From contig CAVRGH010000007.1 of assembly GCA_963720675.1 (NCBI GenBank), forward strand, positions 64,605-128,604: a DNA stretch of 64,000 nt, given 5' to 3'. Source of the DNA: an uncultured Acidimicrobiia bacterium (GTDB lineage Bacteria; Actinomycetota; Acidimicrobiia; IMCC26256; PALSA-555). The stretch's first letter is position 1. The number at the start of each line of letters is the position of its first letter. This document shows positions 56,529-64,000 of this stretch, in pieces. The notes under the pieces are model-generated. The model saw nothing but the letters and a program-made list of their open reading frames with translations, was not told the DNA's origin and made no database searches. The position numbers and the translations under genes were made by a program.

Positions 56529-56575
56529 GGCCCCCGAGCCTGCGGAGCAACGGTCCCGGTGGTGGTCGACCCCGA

Positions 56576-56618
56576 GCCCGGCTGCACCGGCTGAGGGGCC
56601 GGTCGGTGCGAGCCGGGC
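56576..56618 (+). terminator. 14-bp stem hairpin (GCCCGGCTGCACCG ... CGGTGCgAGCCGGGC) after the hydrolase gene
   Basis: This inverted repeat has one bulged base and lies 48 nt after the stop at 56526-56528. Confidence 0.4.
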
Positions 56619-56800
56619 CGAGGCCGGAAACCCCCGAAAAACCGGCTACACTGGGGCTTCGACGCCGCTCTGATCGAACCCTCCCCGAACGGGGACGCGA
56701 GGACGATCCCCCGGCTGCGAACGTCCCTCTCGGAGCCGGCATGCCTGGGCTCCGTGCTCCACTCGGCCGACGCGCCGGCCGTCCCAGCGAAGGACCCCTC

Positions 56801-57745
56801 ATGGCAGCTCCGAACCGCAAGGCCAACAACGAAGATCCCGACCTGATCCGGCTGTACCTCGACGACGCCGGGCGCTACGAGCTGCTCACCAAGGACGACG
56901 AGGCCCGCCTCGCCCAGGCGATCGAGGACGGCAACACCGCCCGCGCCCAGCTCGAGGACGCCGACGCCCACCTGAGCCCCACCGAGCGTCGCGCGGTGCG
57001 CCGGCGCATCCGGCGCGGCGACGAGGCGCACCTCACGTTCGTCCAGTCGAACCTGCGACTCGTGGTCTCGATCGCCAAGCGGTACCAGGCGTCGGGCGTG
57101 CCCCTGCTCGACCTCATCCAGGAGGGCAACCTCGGCCTGATCCACGCGGTCGACAAGTTCGACTGGAAGAAGGGCTTCAAGTTCTCCACGTACGCGACGT
57201 GGTGGATCCGTCAGGCGATCTCGCGCGGCATCGCGAACACCGGGCGCACGATCCGCCTGCCCGTCCACGCCGGCGACAACCTGGTGCGCCTCCAGCGCGC
57301 CCGCTCGGTGCTCGAGCTGCGGTTCGGCCGTCAGGCCACGCACGCGGAGCTGGCCGAGGAGCTCGGCATCACCGAGGAGAAGGTGCGCGAGACCTCACTG
57401 ATCGCCGCCCCGCCGCTGTCCCTCTCCCAGCCCCTGGGTGAGGAGGGTGACGCGGTGCTCGGCGACATCGTCGAGGACCGTGGTGCGGAGTCGCCCTTCG
57501 AGGCGGCTGCCATCGCCATGCTCCCGGCCGAGGTGGAGAAGCTGCTCGCGGGGCTCGCCCCGCGCGAGGCCCGCATCCTCACGCTCCGCTTCGGGCTCGA
57601 TCGCGGTGAGCCGCGCACGTTGGAGGAGGTCGGCGAGCACTTCGACCTCACCCGCGAGCGCATCCGCCAGATCGAGGCCCGCGCGATGTCGAAGCTGCGC
57701 CACCCCTCGAACGAAGTCGACGTCACGAGCCTGCTCGCCGTCTGA
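56801..57745 (+). CDS. sigma-70 family RNA polymerase sigma factor (group-2-like, regions 1.2-4)
   Basis: ATG 56801 lies inside track ORF 56426..57745. Blocks DLIRLYL, NLRLVVSIAKRY, DLIQEGNLGLIHAVDKFD, STYATWWIRQAI, and LEEVGEHFDLTRERIRQIE are present. Confidence 0.9.
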   Translation: MAAPNRKANNEDPDLIRLYLDDAGRYELLTKDDEARLAQAIEDGNTARAQLEDADAHLSPTERRAVRRRIRRGDEAHLTFVQSNLRLVVSIAKRYQASGVPLLDLIQEGNLGLIHAVDKFDWKKGFKFSTYATWWIRQAISRGIANTGRTIRLPVHAGDNLVRLQRARSVLELRFGRQATHAELAEELGITEEKVRETSLIAAPPLSLSQPLGEEGDAVLGDIVEDRGAESPFEAAAIAMLPAEVEKLLAGLAPREARILTLRFGLDRGEPRTLEEVGEHFDLTRERIRQIEARAMSKLRHPSNEVDVTSLLAV

Positions 57746-57803
57746 ACCCGAACCGGCGGCGTCCGCCCCGGCGAGGAGCAACGACGCAGGATTCGCGCAG
57801 CCT

Positions 57804-59276
57804 TCAGCGCGTCCCGCCCATCCGGTGGTCGTCGTACTTGTCGGCCGGCCACTGGCCCGAGTCCTCGGCGTCGTAGGTCCAGTCGGGCTGTTTCGCTCGT
57901 GCGTGCTCGTCGACGACGGCCTCGCCGCCGGCAACGCTGACGAGCGGCGCGATGAACTCGGGCTCTGCGGCGGCAGCGCCGTGGTGCAGGTGAGCCTCGA
58001 CGAGGTCCGGCGCGAGCTCGAGCACGCTGCCGACGACGGTCTGGATCTGGTAGGGCAGGTTGCAGCGCGCCCCTTCGACGACGCCTGCGGTCAGCTCGTC
58101 GATGCGACCACGGATCGACGGTTCGGCCATCGATCGGCTGAGGTCGGCGAGATGTCCTGCGAGCTCGAGTCCGTCCTGCTTGCAATGGCGGCACTGGCCG
58201 CACGACTCGACCGCGAGGAAATGCGTCACGCCCGCCGCCACCGCGGTGAGGTCCACGGTGTCGTCGAACACGATGAAGCCGGCGGTGCCGAGCCCGCTCC
58301 CGATCTTCGCGAGGTCCTCGTACGTTGCGGGCGTGTCGAGCGCGGCCGCGGGAATGAGCGCGTTCGAGACACCCGACATCACCGCAGTGATCTGCCGGCC
58401 TGCCTCGGCGCCGCCGCTGATCGAGGTGATGATGTCGCGCAGCGTCGTGCCGAGCGCGAACTCGGCGACGCCGGCACGTTGGACCCGGCCGGTCACCGTC
58501 GCGACGATCGTCCCCGGCGAAGCGCTCGTGCCCACACTCCGGAACCAGTCGGCACCGCGATCGATGATCGCGGCGACGTTCATGAGGGTCTCGACGTTCT
58601 CGGCGAGGGTCGGCGCCGCGACCGTCTCGTCACCGGGGCCGGCCATCTCCACGTGCGCCGGGGACGAGCTCGCGTCGGTGACGTCCCCGGGCCCCTCGAC
58701 GATCTCGTCGACGCCGCGACGAAACGGTGGCGCAACCCGCGGGAACGGGTACCGGCCGTCGATCGACTCGAGCAGCGCGGTCTCCTCCCCGTAGAGGTAC
58801 TCGGTCGGCCCCTCGAACAGGTCGATCTCGACCCCGTCGCTCCAGCCCGCCCGGGCGAGCTCGGTGATCGCCCCGTCGAGCAGCTGCACCTCGGTCGTGA
58901 ACGTCCGCTTCAGCCCGATGATCACCTGGGGGGCGGCGACCGCGTGCGCCGCGACGAGCGCGCCCTCGAGCAGGGCGTACGGGTTGGCGCGGATCATGGC
59001 CCGGTCCTTGAAGCACCCGGGCTCCCCCTCCGCGCCGTTCACGACGACCGTCGTCGGAAGGTCGGCGACCTCGTAGTCGTGGACCGTGCGCCACTTGCGG
59101 CCCGTCGGGAACCCCCCGCCGCCGCGCCCACGCAACCCGGACGCCTCGATGCGCTCGATCACCTCGCCGGGCGTGAGCGCCCGAGCGGCCCGCAACCCGG
59201 CGCCGCCGCCACCCTCCTCGTAGGCGTGCAGCGAGGTGACCGGTGTGCTTGCGAGGACGCGCTCGAACTGACCCAT
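57804..59276 (-). CDS. NuoF-like NADH dehydrogenase flavoprotein homologue (stand-alone)
   Basis: ATG 59276 lies inside track ORF 57804..59450. The FMN/NADH blocks GLRGRGGGGFPTGRKW and NGAEGEPG, and the 4Fe-4S motif ESCGQCRHC, are present. It has an extra ~100-aa C-terminal extension, and no other nuo genes are nearby. Confidence 0.75.
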   Translation of the reverse strand: MGQFERVLASTPVTSLHAYEEGGGGAGLRAARALTPGEVIERIEASGLRGRGGGGFPTGRKWRTVHDYEVADLPTTVVVNGAEGEPGCFKDRAMIRANPYALLEGALVAAHAVAAPQVIIGLKRTFTTEVQLLDGAITELARAGWSDGVEIDLFEGPTEYLYGEETALLESIDGRYPFPRVAPPFRRGVDEIVEGPGDVTDASSSPAHVEMAGPGDETVAAPTLAENVETLMNVAAIIDRGADWFRSVGTSASPGTIVATVTGRVQRAGVAEFALGTTLRDIITSISGGAEAGRQITAVMSGVSNALIPAAALDTPATYEDLAKIGSGLGTAGFIVFDDTVDLTAVAAGVTHFLAVESCGQCRHCKQDGLELAGHLADLSRSMAEPSIRGRIDELTAGVVEGARCNLPYQIQTVVGSVLELAPDLVEAHLHHGAAAAEPEFIAPLVSVAGGEAVVDEHARAKQPDWTYDAEDSGQWPADKYDDHRMGGTR

Positions 59277-59337
59277 GGACCAAGTCTGCCCGCTCCTCCA
59301 CAGCGGTGAAACGCCGTGCCGAAGCCCCTGCCGTGGA

Positions 59338-60624
59338 TCAGTCGCCCGCGCCCGACATCCTCGCGAGGTCGGCCGCGCCAGTGGCGCTCGCCTTGATGCC
59401 GCGGGACTGGATGCTGACATCCCAGTCCGCGGCCCGCTTCCTGAGCGCACCCGCGGTGCACTCTTCGCGCGGCATCACCGAGAACGGGTCGTAGTCGAAG
59501 ATCCGCATCGCGTTCTCGTGGGTGATCTTGTTGATGGTCGCGTCGTCGAGGTTCGCGGGCTCGACCTCCTTGAGGAAGGTCTCGGGTGACATCGGCCAGG
59601 TCGAGTCGGCGTGCGGGTAGTCGCACTCCCAGCACACCATGTCGACGTTCATGTCCGTCAGGTTCTTCACGCCGGTCGGGTCCTCGATGAAGCAGAGGAC
59701 GACCTGCTCGTCGAACACCTGGCTCGGGGTGCGGTCGCCGAGATCGGCCCCCGTCCAGTAGCGGTGCTTGGTGTAGGTGGAGTCGACGCGCTCACGGAAG
59801 TACGGCACCCAGCCGATGCCGCCCTCGGAGAGCGCGAACTTCAGGTTGGGGAACTTCGTGGTCGCGGGTGACCACACGATGTCGCCCGCGGCCTGGACGA
59901 TGTTCATCGGCGACAGCGTGATGAGCACGTCCATCGGTGCATCGTCGGCGGTGAGCACGATGCGCGACGACGAGCCGATGTGGGCGCACAGGACCGTTCC
60001 GAGCCCCTCGGCCGTCCGGAAGGCCGGGTCCCAGTAGTCGCTGTGGATGCTCGGGTGCCCGAGGTACGAGACGTTCTCGGACCACGTCATCGCGTGGCAG
60101 CCCTTCGCCGCGACGCGCTCGAGCTCGGCGGCGATGAGGTTCGGGTCCCACAGCGGCGGGATCGCGAGGGGGATGAAGCGCCCGGGGTACGCGCCGCACC
60201 AGGCATCGATGTGCCAGTCGTTGTAGGCCTGGACGAGCGCGAGGGCGAGCTCGGCGTCGACCTCGGCGGTGCGTGCGAAGAGCTGACCGGTGAACTGCGG
60301 GAACGACGGGAAGCACATGGACCCGAGCATCCCGTTGGCGTCCATCTCCTTGATGCGCGCGTCGATGTCGTACGCACCCGGGCGCATGTCGTCGAAAGAC
60401 TGCGGGTCCATCGCGTACTCCTCGCGCGGCCGACCGGCCACCGCGTTGAGCCCGATGTTGGGCAGCTCCTGGCCCAGGAAGGACCACACGTCGGTCCCGT
60501 TGTCCTTGCGGATCAGCTTCGGCGCCCGGTCCGCGTGCTTCTTGGCGAGACGGCCTTCGAAGAGGTCCGGCGGCTCGACTGCGTGGTCGTCCACGCTCAC
60601 CAGGATCAGATCGTCGACGTTCAT
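59338..60624 (-). CDS. amidohydrolase-2 (ACMSD-like metal-dependent hydrolase/decarboxylase) family protein
   Basis: This is an intact 428-aa ORF with an N-terminal VSVDDH metal motif, internal HIGS, and WECDYPHADSTWP near the C terminus. Confidence 0.75.
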   Translation of the reverse strand: MNVDDLILVSVDDHAVEPPDLFEGRLAKKHADRAPKLIRKDNGTDVWSFLGQELPNIGLNAVAGRPREEYAMDPQSFDDMRPGAYDIDARIKEMDANGMLGSMCFPSFPQFTGQLFARTAEVDAELALALVQAYNDWHIDAWCGAYPGRFIPLAIPPLWDPNLIAAELERVAAKGCHAMTWSENVSYLGHPSIHSDYWDPAFRTAEGLGTVLCAHIGSSSRIVLTADDAPMDVLITLSPMNIVQAAGDIVWSPATTKFPNLKFALSEGGIGWVPYFRERVDSTYTKHRYWTGADLGDRTPSQVFDEQVVLCFIEDPTGVKNLTDMNVDMVCWECDYPHADSTWPMSPETFLKEVEPANLDDATINKITHENAMRIFDYDPFSVMPREECTAGALRKRAADWDVSIQSRGIKASATGAADLARMSGAGD

Positions 60625-60838
60625 CGTGTCTCCCCCTCTGGACCCGGCGGTGGGATCCGTGCGTCATCTCCAACATAGGTCCCGACACCTCGATGATCCC
60701 GCCCTCCGGCGCTGGGCTCGGATCCGGGGTGGGGCCGCCTTCAGCCGATGGCACCACACCGCCCTTCCCGCCCGCGGCAGAGGGCGGAATCGCTCCGGTC
60801 GCTAGGGTCACGCGCCGTGCCTCCGACTCCGCGCGCCG

Positions 60839-61441
60839 GTGATCGCCAACCTCGAACGCACGCAGCGCCGCGCCGCGGCCGACGTGCTCGGCCGGGCGTT
60901 CGACGACTCGCCCATCATGCGCTACCTGCTGCCCAGTGAACGACTGCGCGTGCGCGGCCTGCACGCGTTCTTCGGGGCCGCGGTCACCGACGCGCTGCCG
61001 TTCGGCGAGGTGTGGGCGGCGACCGTCGACGGAGCGCTTGCGGGCAGCGCAGTGTGGCTGCCGCCCGGCCGGTACCCGGCGACCGGCATGCGCGCGGTCC
61101 GGCAGCTCGCCGCGCTCGCGCCGATCGCGCCGCGAGCGCCGCGGCGACTCTCGCGCTCGCTCCGCTATCTGAGCGTGGTGGAGCGCGCGCACCCGAAGGA
61201 GCCGCACTGGTACCTCGGATTCCTCGGCGTCGATCCGCCGCTCCAGGGTCAGGGGATCGGGACCCGGCTGCTCGAGGCGGTACTCCCCCGAATCGACGAA
61301 TCGGGCGAGCCCGCGTACCTCGAGACCGACAAAGAGCGGAACATCCCGTACTACGCGCGTCAGCGATTCGAGCTCGTCGACACGCTGCACCCCGCGGCGG
61401 ACGGGCCACCGACCTGGACCATGTGGCGCGCGCCCCGCTGA
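60839..61441 (+). CDS. GNAT-family N-acetyltransferase
   Basis: This is a 200-aa ORF starting at GTG. TAGGGT lies about 30 nt upstream. The acetyl-CoA motif is LGVDPPLQGQGIGTRLLE. Confidence 0.75.
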   Translation: MIANLERTQRRAAADVLGRAFDDSPIMRYLLPSERLRVRGLHAFFGAAVTDALPFGEVWAATVDGALAGSAVWLPPGRYPATGMRAVRQLAALAPIAPRAPRRLSRSLRYLSVVERAHPKEPHWYLGFLGVDPPLQGQGIGTRLLEAVLPRIDESGEPAYLETDKERNIPYYARQRFELVDTLHPAADGPPTWTMWRAPR

Positions 61442-61484
61442 GCCTCCGCCGCCCCCGGCCCTGCCCGGCGGAGCGGCCTCCGGA

Positions 61485-63143
61485 TCAGGACGCGCTGATC
61501 CCGAGCACCGGGATGCGGCCGTAGACGAAGAGCGGCGATCCCCCACCGTCGGGCAACGGCGGCAGCGTGAGCTTCACCTTGGGTTGGTAGCCGATCGTCC
61601 AGTTCACGAACCAGAGCGGGACGATGTAGTTGTTCTTCGCCATCACCTGGTTGAACTTCGTGTACGTCTTGTCGATGTCGGCGATCGCCGACTGGCCGCG
61701 ACCCTGGTCGAGCAGCGCCTGGGTCTCGGGGTTCGAGAAATGGCTGAAGTTGATGAAGTTCCCGGTGTCGTAGTTGGACCACCACGGGTACTCGTCGGAG
61801 TCGTTCTCGTTCGAGTAGCCGCCGTGCAGGTTGCGCCACTGCAGCACGTCGATGTCGCCGGCCAGCGCCTTGTTGATGAGCGTGGCCTCGTCGAAGAGCG
61901 TGATCGTCGCGTTGATGCCGGCCTTCTGCAGCTGCTCCTGCACGAGCTGGAGCTGGGCGGAGTTCTCGGGCTCCGGGGTGTCGCCGAGGGTGATGTCGAA
62001 GCTGCCCTCCTCGGCCTTCACCTTCGCGACGAGCTTCTTGGCCTGCGTGAGGTTGTGCTTCGGGTAGCCGGCGTTCTTCAGGTAACCCGGTGCCTTGACG
62101 TCCATGAGGCTGTTCGCGACCGGGAACAGGCCCTGGGTGCGGATCTGCTGGATCTCGTTCTTGTCGATCGCGAGGGCCACGGCCTTGCGGGCGTCGGGGT
62201 TGCTCAGCGGCTTCGTGTCCGACAGCAGCGCGTAGTAGTTGAGCTCGCGGAACCCGGGCTGCTGCACCAGGGTCTTCGCGGTGCCCGGGTCGAGGTCCTG
62301 CAGGGCCTTGGACTGGTTGCCGCTCGAGGCGGCCACGATGTCGAGCTGCCCACCGGTGAGCTGGTTCACGCGGGCCTGCGCGTCGACCACCGGCTCGAAC
62401 GTGATCTGGTCGAGCTTCGGGAACCCCCGCTGCCAGTAGTCGGGGTTCTTCGTGACGACCGTCTTCTCGTTCTGCGCGTAGCTCTCGAGCTCGAAGGGCC
62501 CGGTCCCGATCATCTTGGTGGCGCAGTCCTCACCCGCGTTGATCTGCGCCGGCGCCATGATCCCGACGCGTCCGTCACTGAAGAGGTAGCTCGGGAAGGC
62601 GGGAACGGGCGTGTTCAGCGTGACCTGCACGGTCGCGGGGTCGACGACGGTCACGTCGGAGATGAAGTCGAAGATCTTGGCGAAGAGCGGTCCGCTGTTC
62701 GGCGCGTCGTTCGCGCCACGGTACGCGTCGAGGTTGAGCTTGACCGCGGCAGCGTCGAGCGCGGTGCCGTCGTGGAACTGCACGCCGTCGCGCAAGGTGA
62801 TCGTCCACTGGGTGAAGTCCGCGTTGGGCTCGACCGACTTGGCGAGGTACGGGACCGAGACGCCCTTGCTGTTCGGTACGGTCAGCGTGTCGTAGACCGC
62901 GGCCGCGACCTCGATGCCCGACGCCGCCATCTGGGCGCGGCTCAGGCAGTAGTCCGTGTTCTCGGCCTCCAGGCCGAAGGTGACCTCGCCCCCACTCTTG
63001 GCGCGGGACGCGCCCGAGTGGGCGGACGCGCCGGCGACCTGCCCGCCAGTGGTGAAGAAGCCGGCGAGCAGGCAGGTGGTCGCCAGCGTGGCGACGGCGA
63101 GCGGCGAGCGGCGACGGGTCCGGGACGTTCGAGAGGTGAGCAC
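61485..63143 (-). CDS. ABC transporter substrate-binding protein, family 5 (peptide/nickel type)
   Basis: This is an intact 552-aa ORF with a signal peptide or lipobox-like N terminus (LATTCLLAGFF). Typical SBP_bac_5 blocks (YDTLTVPN, WTITLRDGVQFHDG) are present. Confidence 0.85.
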   Translation of the reverse strand: MLTSRTSRTRRRSPLAVATLATTCLLAGFFTTGGQVAGASAHSGASRAKSGGEVTFGLEAENTDYCLSRAQMAASGIEVAAAVYDTLTVPNSKGVSVPYLAKSVEPNADFTQWTITLRDGVQFHDGTALDAAAVKLNLDAYRGANDAPNSGPLFAKIFDFISDVTVVDPATVQVTLNTPVPAFPSYLFSDGRVGIMAPAQINAGEDCATKMIGTGPFELESYAQNEKTVVTKNPDYWQRGFPKLDQITFEPVVDAQARVNQLTGGQLDIVAASSGNQSKALQDLDPGTAKTLVQQPGFRELNYYALLSDTKPLSNPDARKAVALAIDKNEIQQIRTQGLFPVANSLMDVKAPGYLKNAGYPKHNLTQAKKLVAKVKAEEGSFDITLGDTPEPENSAQLQLVQEQLQKAGINATITLFDEATLINKALAGDIDVLQWRNLHGGYSNENDSDEYPWWSNYDTGNFINFSHFSNPETQALLDQGRGQSAIADIDKTYTKFNQVMAKNNYIVPLWFVNWTIGYQPKVKLTLPPLPDGGGSPLFVYGRIPVLGISAS

Positions 63144-63197
63144 GGAGCGAATGCTACGGCCCCGACGCCGGCCGGTCCCGGCGCGTCGGGCGCGCGG

Positions 63198-63632
63198 TCA
63201 GCGGGGGTCGAAGACCACGACCGGGATCTCACGCTCGGTCGACGCCTGGTACTTCTCGTAGTCGGGCCAGGCTTCCACCGCACGCGGCCACCACTGCGCC
63301 TTCTCCTCGGGCGTCGCGGTGCGGGCACGCAGGTCCATGACCTTCGCGCCGTCCTGCAGCGTGACGTCGGGGTCGGCGAGCAGGTTGAGGTACCAGACCG
63401 GGTGCTTCGGCGCACCGCCGAGCGAGGCCACGACGGCATACTCGCCGTCGTGCTCGACCGTCATGAGCGGCGTCTTGCGGAGCTTGCCCGACTTGCGGCC
63501 GCGGGTCGTCAGGATGACGACGGGCTTCCCTTCGTTCTCGCCGCCTTCCTTCCCGTCGGTCGCCTCGTAGAGGCGCACCTGGTCGGCGGCGCGGTCCCAT
63601 GGGCTCGGCTCGTAGTCACCTTCGAGGGGCAT
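63198..63632 (-). CDS. deazaflavin (F420)-dependent nitroreductase-family protein (Ddn-like)
   Basis: ATG 63632 lies inside track ORF 63198..63980. Blocks VVILTTRGRKSGKLRKTPLM, HPVWYLNLLADP and REIPVVVFDPR are present. Confidence 0.8.
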   Translation of the reverse strand: MPLEGDYEPSPWDRAADQVRLYEATDGKEGGENEGKPVVILTTRGRKSGKLRKTPLMTVEHDGEYAVVASLGGAPKHPVWYLNLLADPDVTLQDGAKVMDLRARTATPEEKAQWWPRAVEAWPDYEKYQASTEREIPVVVFDPR

Positions 63633-63714
63633 GACCTGGCTCCTTGTCCGTCGTTCCGGGGTGCAACCCCGCCGCCGCACCGGCCCTTCCCGGGGTTTGC
63701 CTATTCTCGGCCGC

Positions 63715-64000
63715 ATGCAGATCCCGGCCGCGGCCAAGCAGCTGCTCACCTCGGGGCAGCTCGCCCACCTGGTGACCACGAACGCCGACGGCTCGCCCCA
63801 GATCTCGATCGTGTGGGTGGGCGTCGACGGCGACGAGATCGTGGTCGCGCACCTCGGATCGGGCCAGAAGGTTCGCAACGTCCACCGCGACCCGCGCGTC
63901 GCGCTCTCGATGGAGGGTACGGGGCTCGAGCCGAGTGGCCTCAAGCAGTACCTCGTCGTGCACGGCACCGCGCGCGTCACCGAGGGCGGTGGGCCCGCGC
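63715..64000 (+). CDS. PPOX-class (pyridoxamine-5'-phosphate-oxidase-like), probably F420-dependent, protein; 3' end outside window
   Basis: This is my own translation from ATG 63715 (TATTCT + 7 nt upstream, leaderless layout). It reads MQIPAAAKQLLTSGQLAHLVTTNADGSPQISIVWVGVDGDEIVVAHLGSGQKVRNVHRDPRVALS. It is not in the track because no stop is reached. Confidence 0.65.
   Translation, partial: MQIPAAAKQLLTSGQLAHLVTTNADGSPQISIVWVGVDGDEIVVAHLGSGQKVRNVHRDPRVALSMEGTGLEPSGLKQYLVVHGTARVTEGGGPA

Overview
This is a 64 kb stretch of a roughly 70% G+C chromosome with actinobacterial-style gene content: many F420/deazaflavin-type enzymes, LCP, split DipZ/CcdA, xseAB, and TAnnnT -10 boxes with leaderless starts. 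It may be Acidimicrobiia-like, but the taxon cannot be proven from sequence alone. I count about 60 protein genes. I saw no rRNA, tRNA, CRISPR, transposase or integrase.

Recognisable content:
- sdhA (partial) and sdhB.
- A glutaminase fused to STAS and cNMP-binding domains.
- cbs-metB (reverse transsulfuration).
- xseA-xseB.
- Several oxidoreductases and hydrolases.
- Three CaiB-type CoA-transferase domains.
- A gluconokinase / glucose-dehydrogenase-like divergent pair.
- A group-2-like sigma factor.
- An orphan NuoF-like protein.
- A peptide/nickel-type ABC substrate-binding protein.

Most notable observations:
1. Five signal-peptide proteins end in the same C-terminal tail, A-V-x-[LI]-x-P-[RT]-F-T-G-stop. 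They belong to two unrelated folds: two CSLRDAI/GGG-repeat parallel beta-helix proteins and three Cys-rich D-x-x-T-G repeat proteins. No transmembrane segment follows the tail. This is a candidate unrecognised sorting or processing tag.
2. A three-domain ORF (Asp/Asn beta-hydroxylase-like, sulfotransferase, TIGR03032-like) lies directly upstream of the beta-helix pair. A dipZ-like/ccdA/LCP envelope block lies between the two tail-gene clusters.
3. A clear heliorhodopsin gene shares a divergent control region with a pirin gene. That region contains a 10-bp direct repeat (3.5 copies), a palindrome and a C-run/G4-type tract.
4. A structured about 50-nt palindromic element is present twice, each time between convergent genes.
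5. An AT-rich palindrome and promoter-like site lies in front of an SDR / queA-like / wHTH operon.
6. About 24 apparent single-base frame changes interrupt otherwise well-conserved genes, and about 20 of them look like one surplus base. They are concentrated at 16-34 kb, and roughly 30 kb of housekeeping-type genes have none.

Affected genes are typed 'pseudogene' only in the formal sense. Assembly indels are an equally good explanation. All family calls come from motif recognition by eye; no searches were run.
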